The notes under the pieces were generated by a model. That model saw only the letters and a program-made list of their open reading frames with translations. It was not told the DNA's origin and ran no database searches. The position numbers and the translations under genes are program-made. A DNA stretch of 63,648 nucleotides, filler included, from Reclinomonas americana ATCC 50394 (taxonomy: Eukaryota), in assembly GCA_048213135.1 (NCBI GenBank). It is 4 parts of 4 records of this genome, joined end to end, with 100 filler letters (N's around TTAATTAATTAA, not from the genome) between each part and the next. Parts side by side here need not be neighbours in the genome. Positions count along the whole stretch, not along the records: positions 1 to 19,800 come from PS015883.1; positions 19,901 to 51,854 come from PS015886.1; 2 more parts are not named here. One strand, written 5' to 3'. Positions 14,817 through 24,465 of this stretch are shown one piece after another (position 1 is the stretch's first letter; each line of letters begins with the position of its first letter).

Positions 14817-17800
14817 ATGCAACGCACTGTTGCTCTCCTCATTGGTGTCGCAGTCGCCCTGGTGTGTGTGCTGGCAGTCGCACAGGCCTACACAGGCGGA
14901 GTGGGTGGCTACACAGGCAGTAATTTCCCCGATGATGCCAAGCGCAAGGCGCAGGCCATGCTTGCACGCATGTCTCTCGATGATAAGATGAAGATGGTGG
15001 CGGGCACTGCCAGTGGGTAAGTGAGAGAGAAAGAGAGAGAGAGAGACATGCGCGTGCATGCATGTGCGTGCATTGATTGCATATCGGGGTCATTGTGTTC
15101 TGCAGCTATGTGGGTAGCACTGCAGCGAACCCGGCACTGGGCATTCCACCACTGCACATGGAGGATGGCCCGCAGGGTGTGGCCGATGGTGCGTTGAAGC
15201 ACTCTTGTGTCTGTCACGAAAGACAGTCTGCATACTTATGACTTTGACAAGGTGTCAGCTTGGTGACTGCGTGGCCGTCGGCATTGACCGTGGTGGCCAC
15301 GTGGGATCGCTCGTTGAACTACCAGTACGGTGCTGCGCAGGCGCAGGAGCAGGTGTGTTCCGGTTTACCAGCATTTGGAATGCATTGTCGCGTGCAAATA
15401 TAGTAACCCGGCGCGATGATTATTGTGCAGCTGATCAAGGGCACCAATGTCATGCTGGGCCCGATGGTCAACCTGGCTCGCGTGCCGACTGGTGGTCGTA
15501 ACTTTGAGTCGTACGGCGAGGATCCGTACCTGGCCGCGGGCATGGTGTTCCACGCTGTGCGCGGCATGCAGAGCCCCGGTGGCATTGTGGCGTGCATCAA
15601 GCACGTGGTCGACAACAACCAGGAGTTTGAGCGTGACTCGGTATCCGAGGTGGTTCCGATCCGTGCGCAGGTGATACTCTATTATCGTTTGCCGACAGCC
15701 GTGAAACGATGCTGAACTATTTTTTGCTTGCTTGCAGTTTGAGCTGTACTGGCCGGCTTTCTCGTCGGCCGTGGATGCCGGTGTCGGCTCGGCCATGTGC
15801 AGGTTTGTTGGTGGTTGTCACGCCTGTTCCTCTTCCTCTCCTTCGTGTGCTCACTGTCGCTGCTGTCACGCCTGCTGCGCAGCTACAATCGCATCAATGG
15901 GTCTGTGTGTACGAAGTCAGACAATTTCCTGCGAGAGTGTTGCTGACCATGTGTCCCTCTGCAGCACGTACGCTTGCGAGAACCCAGTGACTCTCAACCA
16001 GCACATCAAGGGTATTCTCGGCTTCGACGGCTGGATGATGTCGGACTGGGGTGCGACGCATTCCACTGAAAAGTTGCGCAAGCGGCAAAGAGCGCATTCG
16101 CGTGCGCGCAGATGGAGCTCATATTTCCGCATGCACACAGCGCGGCCAATGCCGGACTGGACCAGCAGATGCCCGACTGTGCGTCGATCTTGCTTCACCC
16201 TTCCTTCCATTGTCGATGCGTGCTCACTGTTGATGATCACACAGCCTCGTACTTTGGCTCAAAGCTGCGCGACGCGGTGGTTGCTGGCCGAGTTGCGCCC
16301 AGTGTGCTTCTTGCACTCACCCCCCATTTCGCTCATTGAGCGGTGCCACTCCCCACTAGGTTCCCATGTCGCGCCTGGACGACATGATCATGCGCATGCT
16401 GGTGCCGATGTACGCCTTTGGCCTGTTCGACAAGCAGCCGACTGGCAATCTGGCGGCGAATGCCACCAGCGCCGAGCACAACAAACTGGCGCGCACGCTG
16501 GCCGAGCAGTCGACCATCCTGCTGAAGAACAGCCGCAACCTGCTGCCGATCAACCCGACCGGCATCAAGAGCATCGCTGTCATTGGCGACGAGTTCACCG
16601 TCGTCGGCGGTGGCAGTGGCGAGGTCGTGCTGCCGTACGTGTCGACCATTTCTGGCGCCCTGAACGTGCGTCATTCGCGTGATGTGAGGCGTGTGTGCAT
16701 GTAAGAGAAGCTCACCTTGCGTGATAAACACAGGAGCGCTTCAACCCTGGCTCCAAGCGCCCCGTCAACTGCACGTTTGAGACCGACGTTGATTACTATC
16801 AGGTCTGTGTGTGTCTTGCGTGGATGATGAGTTCATGGCTGAGCAACTCATATCTGTGCATTCGCAGCCCTACAACCCCAGCGCGTCTGCGTCGTCCGCC
16901 GAAGACTGCTGCGCCCGATGCACGGCCATGAGCGGCGTTTCGTTGCACCTCACACCACTGTTTGTGATCTTTCGCGCTCTAACTTGCAACGTGGCCTTTG
17001 TGCGCAGTGCAACTTCTGGACCTTCCTCGCCGGCAACCCCGGCACGTGCTGGTTCAAGTCCTCGAACCAGGGACGCACCTACCACAAGGGCCTTGTGTAC
17101 GTCTTTTCGATCCCCCTCCTCCCATTCTCTCCCTCACTCTCACATTCCCTTTTCTCTTCTCTAAACAGCTCGGGCAGCTGCGCGCCGTTCCCCCCAGGCA
17201 ACGTCAAGATCATCTACAACTCGGGCGTGAACCCACTGGAGGCCGCGCAGATTGCCAAGGATGCAGACTTTGCCATTGTGTCGGTGGCGGTGTCGTCGAG
17301 CGAGGGCAGCGATCGCCAGTCGCTGGCCCTCGGTGGCAACCAGGACACGCTGGTGCAGACGGTGACGCTGGCGCAGCCGAACACGGTGGTCGTCGTGCGC
17401 AGCCCCGGCGCAGTGCTCCTTCCGTGGGCCCCCTCGGTCGGCACCATCCTCGCGCAGCTGATGCCGGGTCAGGAGGCCGGCAACGCCCTCACTAACGTCA
17501 TCTTTGGCGAGGTGAACCCGTCGGGCCGCCTGCCGCTCTCGTTCCCCATGTCGGCGGACGACATTTGGCTCCGCTCGCCGTCACAGTATCCGGGCATCAA
17601 GAACTCGGGCGACCCTTTCCGCGTGGCCACCTACTCCGAGGAGCTGCTGGTGGGCTACCGCTGGTTCGATGCCAAGGTGAGTGTTGTTTTTTTCGTAAAT
17701 GATGCAGCGGCATGGATGCTCATTGTGGGTGTCGCGCAGAACATTGATCCGCTCTTCCCGTTCGGTCACGGCTTGTCGTACACGAGCTTCGCGTACCAGT

Positions 17801-18250
17801 CGGTGCAGGTGTCGAACGCAATCACTGCCACCAGAAACGCCACGGTGACCGTCACCGTGCAGAACTCCGGATCGCGTGCCGGTGCCGAAGTCGTTCAGGT
17901 ACCAGCACATAGTCAACTTGGTTTGCATGTCGTCGTTCCACTCATGCATTGTTGCGCAGCTGTACCTGGGCTTCCCCGACGCCGCCGACGAGCCGCCAAA
18001 GGTGCTGCGCGGCTTCGAGAAGATCATGCTGGCGCCGGGCCAGTTCATCCCCGTGAACTTTGAGCTGAACGCCTCCGACGTCTCCATCTGGGATGTCACC
18101 AAGAACAAGTACGTGCAGTACCCCGGCACCTACGACGTGCTCGTCGGCTCCTCGTCCCGCGACATTCGCCTCAAGACGCAGCTGGTCTCCACCACCACCT
18201 CCAGTACCGACGTCGACGGCGACTTGTTGGACAACAATGCCGAGTTTTGA
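14817..18250 (+). CDS. Secreted glycoside hydrolase family 3 (beta-glucosidase-like) with inserted PAN/Apple domain and C-terminal Fn3-like domain
   Basis: Signal peptide MQRTVALLIGVAVALVCVLAVAQA. GH3 motifs LGIPPLHMEDGPQGV, GGRNFESYGEDPYL, ACIKH, GFDGWMMSDWGATH, ILLKN, SSEGSDR, NPSGRLPLSFP, YSEELLVGYRWFD, FPFGHGLSYT, AEVVQLY, LRGFEKI. Confidence 0.93.
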
Positions 18251-18321
18251 GCGTCTCGGAGGACGCGACTCCGACATTTGCTTTCTTCTTGTGTTGGTTG
18301 AGAGAAGAGAGAGAATACACA

Positions 18322-18974
18322 ATGTCGGCGGCTGCAGATGCTGATGCTCCCGAGTTCATTGTAGAGTACTGGTACGCACTGCTGCTGTGCGTGCGCGCGC
18401 TCATACTCACAGAAAACACTCACTCTCTTTCCTGTCACAGTCGAAACTGAGACGGAGGTTGATCACCACTCTCTCTCTCTCTCGCACACACACACTCGCT
18501 GTCTCTCACTCTCCCCGCAGGTGCTCAGGAGCGTGATGCTGCTTCTGAGGCTATTCGCAGGGCGTGTCCAGGCGCCAAAATCGTCCCCATTCGCAAAGAC
18601 GACTATCCCGTCGTGGTATGTCACACACACACACACTCTCTCACACACTGTCACACTCACACACTCACTCACTGCTGCTGCTCGAGAAACCACAGGTCAA
18701 GGTCTATTACGATGTACGTCAAATACATAATGCGCAAGTCTATCTCTGTCTCTGCACACTCTCTTGATCTCACACGTGTGCTTTGTTGTGCAGGACCAAG
18801 TCATATGGCAGTCGGCACAACGGAACCTCTTCCGCAAGTACGCCAGTGCTCGCACCGAGTCCATGAAGGAGATCGCGGCTGCGGTCGCCAAGATCGTTCG
18901 CAAGTTGGTCAGTGTGCTCTTGTTGACCACTCCTTGTTGTTTGTCACCGCTGATCGCGACTCCGTGCACAGTGA
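18322..18974 (+). CDS. Small selenoprotein with CxxU motif (Rdx / SelW-SelT-SelH-like), in-frame UGA at 18448-18450
   Basis: Exons 18322-18371, 18441-18457, 18521-18615, 18696-18713 and 18794-~18907 splice in phase to MSAAADADAPEFIVEYC-R-N-U-DGGAQERDAASEAIRRACPGAKIVPIRKDDYPVVVKVYYDDQVIWQSAQRNLFRKYASARTESMKEIAAAVAKIVRKL. The IVEYCxxU pattern is typical of Rdx-family selenoproteins. Final stop ambiguous (18972-18974 after a last intron, or 19025-19027). Confidence 0.8.
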
Positions 18975-19029
18975 GCAGCCGAGTATTTGTATCTAGTGGT
19001 CCTCTCCCGCTCGCCTCCTCTTCCTGAGT

Positions 19030-19120
19030 GCAATCGAGTGACGCGCGGGAATCGTTTGAAACCACCGTCTGTGTCTGACTTGTCGTCGCTGCAAGTCCGC
19101 GATCCTGCGCTGATTGGAAT
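19030..19120 (+). promoter_or_regulatory. Candidate SECIS element (GUGA-type core) in the selenoprotein 3' UTR
   Basis: GTGAC at 19038-19042 and TGAT at 19111-19114 bracket the stem GCGCGGGA(A)TCG / CGATCCTGCGC. AAA at 19059-19061. Apical region unusually long, with an inner hairpin GACTTG/CAAGTC. Confidence 0.6.
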
Positions 19121-19303
19121 GGTGTGCGTGGAGGAGCTGACGTGATCTGGTGTGCCTTACACATGGACGAGTGGTGCACCGGGTTGGATTCGTCTGGCTC
19201 CTCCCACACGCACACCGATTGCCTCGAGAGGAGATGAGAGGGGAAATAATGTAGATTCTGTTGTTCGCTTGCATTAGTAGTTTCCGCGTGTGAGCCTCTC
19301 CTT

Positions 19304-20740
19304 TCATCGTTGGCCAAACACAACGTGCTTGCGCTCAGGTGTCCATCCCTGCGCGCGTACGTCGCAGAGTGAGGAATCGTCGTCAACAAGGATCGAGAAA
19401 AAGCACGCACCTTGCTGAGGCTGAACGACGGCTGGGAGACCGGTAGTATCGGTGCCATGGGTAGTACGCCAACTGGCGTTCGCTTCTCCGAGCGTGGATT
19501 GCGAGGCTGCGTCGCGTACGCATGTTCAGGTCAAGAGAGCTCTGCAGTCGGAGTGAGAATGCATACCTTGCGTTCCTCGACAGGCGGTGGTTGCATGGTC
19601 TTTTGTCGCTTCGTCCAGTCGTCTTCTCGCTCGCCATGGTCCAACTTGCCTCGCCTGTGTGCACGCGACCACGCAGTCAGCTCACTGGGGAACCAACGCC
19701 TGACTGGCGGGCCGCAAGACAGAGAAACGCAACTTGCGTGGATTGTGTGGAATGAACCGATCCTCCAGCTCCCTCTCGTGCTGCTCGTCGTATTCGAGTT
19801 NNNNNNNNNNNNNNNNNNNNNNNNNNNNNNNNNNNNNNNNNNNNTTAATTAATTAANNNNNNNNNNNNNNNNNNNNNNNNNNNNNNNNNNNNNNNNNNNN
19901 CTCTCCATCGTTCTCCGCCTCCTCCTCCTCCTCTTCCACGTCTGTCCACTCCTCCTCCTCATCGCCACGATCATCGTCGTCCTCCTCGGCCTCCCGTTGC
20001 ACCATGTCGAGTGTCATCATGTCAATTGCCTGATTCAGCAACCGCAGCGCACGATCGGCGCCCGTCGCACGATCCGTTCGCCGAGATCGCGTTTGCCGAT
20101 AGATCGAGGCCAGCAGCACGAGGGTCGATGGAGTGCCGGGCGGACACAGTTCACAAGTCATCTCCAGATCACGAGCCGCCCGCTGCAACTCGCCAAACTG
20201 TGCATACAGACGACCTCTGCTCGCGGGAGTGAGGAGAGAAGGGAGGCAGAGAAGCGATAGTCAACAAACACACGAGCGCACCTGGCCAGGAATGCTTCTG
20301 CGCCTGCGAGAGAGAGGACGTGAATGCCGCGACTCACAGAGAGCGACAGAGGCGCACGCAACATGCAAAGTCCACAGCAATCGCCTGGTTGAAGCAGTGC
20401 AGTGCGTCCATGAAACGCCGCTGCGACTCGGCCTCCACTGCACATCACCACGATCAGCTCTCTCCCACACACTCTTACTTCTCTGGCACACACACACACC
20501 TCCACTGGCCACAAACGTGGCGACCACCACACGCGTGTCCTCGTATGCATACTGCGGCCACACATCCGCGGGCGACGCATGTTCCGAGGCCTCATCCTCC
20601 AGATCCGGCACCGCCTCCTCGCCCTCGTCAAACTCGTGGTCCTCCTCCTCAGAGCCGCGACTCACACCCGTTGCGTCATCGTCCTCCTCTTCAATGACCA
20701 CCACACGCGGGGCCAGCATCATGGCGCCCGCGGAGGCCAT
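19304..20740 (-). CDS. TPR-containing protein with acidic low-complexity tracts (spans a linker gap)
   Basis: Spliced TPR-like helices EAESQRRFMDALHCFNQAIAVDFACAEAFLARGRLYAQFGELQRAARDLEMTCELCP. Downstream exons end GWTPERKHVVFGQR* at 19304; continuity across the gap is assumed. Confidence 0.65.
19801..19900. other. Artificial assembly linker (44 N + TTAATTAATTAA + 44 N)
   Basis: The same 100-nt spacer occurs three times; TTAATTAATTAA places stops in all six frames. Confidence 0.95.
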
Positions 20741-20766
20741 CTTCTCAAGACAATGATATCGATCAA

Positions 20767-23578
20767 CTAATTCATTGGACGGAGCAAGCACTCGGGCCAG
20801 CTGGGCACCGGCACGCCACTCGACTCGTCGCGCCATGTGGCGCTGCCGCGACTGACGGTCAGCATCTGCCGCTGTGCCTCCCACAGATCACGGGCGCCGT
20901 CCACGGTGCATTCGGGGATCGCCACGGGTGCACTGGCTGGCGATCGAGGTGGCACCGGCGACGACGGCAGTGCCTTCATCACGTACATGAGTTTGGCTTG
21001 GAAACCAAGCACGGCTGCGCGATCAAAGTCGTACGGTGCCAGAACGTGCTCGTAGGCCCGCCAGATGCGCGTCCACAGCGCCAGTGAGCGATCAATGTAC
21101 CGCAACGGCTGCGCACAGCGATTTATGTCAAGCAGGTGCCACACGAGCGGAGGAAAGTAGAGCATACCATGTACAGCTGCGCGAGCGGCCGCAATATTTG
21201 CGTCACGATGCGTGCATCGATAATGGCCTCCCACGGTTGCGTCGAGTCCGGTTGTTGTCTGTGGAAGTGGAGATGACAATCTTGAAAAAAGGAAAAGCAC
21301 GACGAGCCGGCACACCTGCTAAGCTCAAGAATCAGCGCATCGGCGCGCTTCAGCAGGCCTTCGAGCTGCGGTACGAGTGGCGACGCCGTCTGCAGACAGG
21401 GATTCTCGTGGAAGGCATCAAACGACACTTGTCGGGTGTCGTTCAGCAGCCGCTCCACCGCCTCACCCACCCAACCCAACAACGCGTCCTCTCCTTCCTC
21501 TGCGACACGCGACAAATGAGCACACATGGGCGCGCAGAGAGAGAGAGAGAGAGAGTCAAGCGCGCGCCACTGAACCGACCTCGAACACAGCGCGGACACT
21601 CGCAATCAAAATTCCACAACGACCGCAGTCGCGATCGTCTCCTTGTGCGCGACTCCAGCAAGCACGTGTAGCTGATCGTCAACTCCTCGCCGGCAGCCAC
21701 GTCGCGCGTTGTGCGGAACCATACGCGCGCACCATCCGACACCTTGGCCTCGGTCATCGGGCTCGACAGCAGCGACTCGAGTGCAATCTGCTCACCGTCC
21801 TCGGCGCCCACATACACGGTCACATTGGGCTCGCACGAGTGATTGAACATGCTGCCGGCCAGGCACAATGCCTGCACTTTGCTGTGTGGAAAGCTGCATC
21901 GACGAAGAGGGGTGGGGGAAGTGGCACGGAGAAAAAACACACACGAGAAATCACACGCACGTCGCAGTCTCCTCAGTCGAGTCCACTTGCAGCAAGTTGA
22001 GTTTCAAGATGCACAGCAGCAGAGCCACTTGCTCCCACTCGGCCAACTCGTCTTCCCTCCATCCCGAGTGTCTCAGCAGCGCCGACACGAGATCCCGCTT
22101 CATGCGCGGCAGCAGACCCTGCGCCGTCTCCCGAAACACCTGATGCCGCTCCAGCTCCTCCCGCACCGTCTCAATCGGTGCCCTTCCCGGGTACAACTGG
22201 AAGACGAGACGTGAGGCCAGTGGTGCATCGCCCACCACCAATGCGGCAAGCTGTGACAGCAGCGGCAGGTAATTGGCCGTGCCGAAAGTGAACAGCTGGT
22301 GCAGGCGAAGGTGAGCGGACGAGGAAAATAAAGGAGAAACGACGACGACGACGAACCACAGGTCGCTCCGACAGCACCGCAGAGCCGGCGGGCATGGGCT
22401 CGGTGGCCACCACACGACGGCCGCCGCCATCGCCCACGTGCGGGGAGCGGTGGTCCACGGTGCACGACAAGTGGAAGAGGCGACGAACGCGCTGCTCAAA
22501 CATTTTCGAGTCCAGCTCCCTGTCGCCTCGCGTCAAAAGGAACGAGGAGAGCTCCTGCTGAATGGTCTTGTCGTCGGGGAGACATCGGTCGGCCTCCATC
22601 AAGCTGCGCACGGCATCGTCGTGCCTGTCGCACTGCACGAGAGCGCGATGCAGCAAAAAGTGCGCCTTGGCGTACTTGGGATCGAGCACCGTGGCCATCT
22701 CGGCGGCAATCGCCGACGCCAGCGGTCTCTTCAGCTTCATGTAACACAGACCGAGGTTGTGCAGCGAACGGGAGGCACACTCGCGCGCACTCGGCGACAA
22801 GTGCGGTGCGTACTCCATCACCGAGAACACATTCTGTTGATGAAGTCGAAAGTGAGCGAGGCCAGTGAAAGAGGAAGAAGAGAGAGGAGCAGGCAGCGCA
22901 ACGTGCTTCAGGCGGTGAATGGTTCGCGGCACGCCCGACGTCTCATCCAACGCCGTACACGCATCCGCACCACGATCGACTCCATGCTGTCACATGCTGA
23001 TGAGCCAATACACACACACAAACTCCTCATCTCCCTCCCCCGCCCACACTCACCGCATACAGGCCACCCTCGATGCCCCGCAGCAACTCGCGATCGCAAA
23101 TCAGATTGGTCGAGCCCAAGTACAGCCTCTGCTCATCGCCACCAATCAGCAAGCTCGTCGATGCACGTACACTTACAGACACACAGACCGCAGCCACCAT
23201 CACACGCCCACTCCTCAGCTCAACATGCGCATCACGCCGCAGCTCTTCCGCCTCCAACAACAACTCACTCTCCCACTCCTCCTCCTCCTCTCCGCTCAAC
23301 CACACCAACATCTTGTCTCGCTTTCATCGCGCACTCACCGCCGCCGCCAGAGATTTCCCCGCGCGAAACTGCAGGTTCCCGTCACTTCGGAGCTCCTCCG
23401 CCTCCATCAGCAACTCGCGTTCCCACGCCGCCGCCTCACTCTCCGCATGCACCTCAGACGACGACGAGGAGGCAGTCGAGGCCAGTGACATTGGAGAGAA
23501 GAGTGTCGAGGCCTCTCCACCACCACTCACACTCTCATCAGAGAGACGACGAAGGGCCGCTGCTGAGCGCGACGACAT
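20767..23578 (-). CDS. TPR + SET domain protein (SMYD-like lysine methyltransferase)
   Basis: N-terminal TPRs (LHNLGLCYMKLKRP...AEMATVLDPKYAKAHFLLHRAL), SET-N GRRVVATEPMPAG, SET-C MFNHSCEPN and RDVAAGEELTISY, post-SET WNFDCECPRC. Confidence 0.88.
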
Positions 23579-23646
23579 TTCCTGATCAAAGTCACTTTGG
23601 GGTTACCGTTTGCAATCTTCGGTAACCCAGTGGCCGTTTACCCAAA

Positions 23647-24004
23647 ATGTTGGCGAGCGAGGAGCTTTCTCGTGTGCTGTTCGCCGCCTCTGCACGTGGC
23701 GACGCCGCGCAAGTGCGGGAGATCAGTGAGGAGACGGCGAAACGAGTGCGTGGGCGATTGGTTGGCGCTGAGTTGCTGGTGTTGTGCGCCGAGGAGGCCA
23801 TCAAAGTGCGTTCAATCGAGGTTGTCGCATGCAGCTTGTGCGCTGTGTGCTGATTGCCGTCTGTGTGTGTTAGATCCATGAGTATGATAGTGCGAGGGAC
23901 GCGATCGAGTTGTTTCATGCGTTGCAGCCGTCGGCGGTCGATCAGTTCTTTTGTCGAGCGCTGTTTTGCGAGGCGCTGCTGGCCTCGCAGCGTGCGTCGT
24001 TGCA
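23647..24004 (+). CDS. CFAP46: 5' portion of a CFAP46 (TTC40)-like ciliary central-pair protein, cut by an N gap
   Basis: Spliced N-terminus ...AELLVLCAEEAIK|IHEYDSARDAIELFHALQPSAVDQFFCRALFCEALL resembles the CFAP46 N-terminal LxVLCAExALK...QFxxRAxxC pattern recalled from memory. Confidence 0.6.
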
Positions 24005-24465
24005 NNNNNNNNNNNNNNNNNNNNNNNNNNNNNNNNNNNNNNNNNNNNNNNNNNNNNNNNNNNNNNNNNNNNNNNNNNNNNNNNNNNNNNNNNNNNNNNN
24101 NNNNNNNNNNNNNNNNNNNNNNNNNNNNNNNNNNNNNNNNNNNNNNNNNNNNNNNNNNNNNNNNNNNNNNNNNNNNNNNNNNNNNNNNNNNNNNNNNNNN
24201 NNNNNNNNNNNNNNNNNNNNNNNNNNNNNNNNNNNNNNNNNNNNNNNNNNNNNNNNNNNNNNNNNNNNNNNNNNNNNNNNNNNNNNNNNNNNNNNNNNNN
24301 NNNNNNNNNNNNNNNNNNNNNNNNNNNNNNNNNNNNNNNNNNNNNNNNNNNNNNNNNNNNNNNNNNNNNNNNNNNNNNNNNNNNNNNNNNNNNNNNNNNN
24401 NNNNNNNNNNNNNNNNNNNNNNNNNNNNNNNNNNNNNNNNNNNNNNNNNNNNNNNNNNNNNNNNN

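Noticed and set aside
19066..19095. GT...CTGAC...AAG mini-intron inside the SECIS loop that would shorten it
   Set aside because: About 30 nt, well below the intron sizes seen in this window; no support without transcripts.
19845..19856. TTAATTAATTAA palindrome recurring three times (also 51899 and 62327)
   Set aside because: Always centred in an identical 100-nt N block; it is a six-frame-stop assembly linker, not biology.
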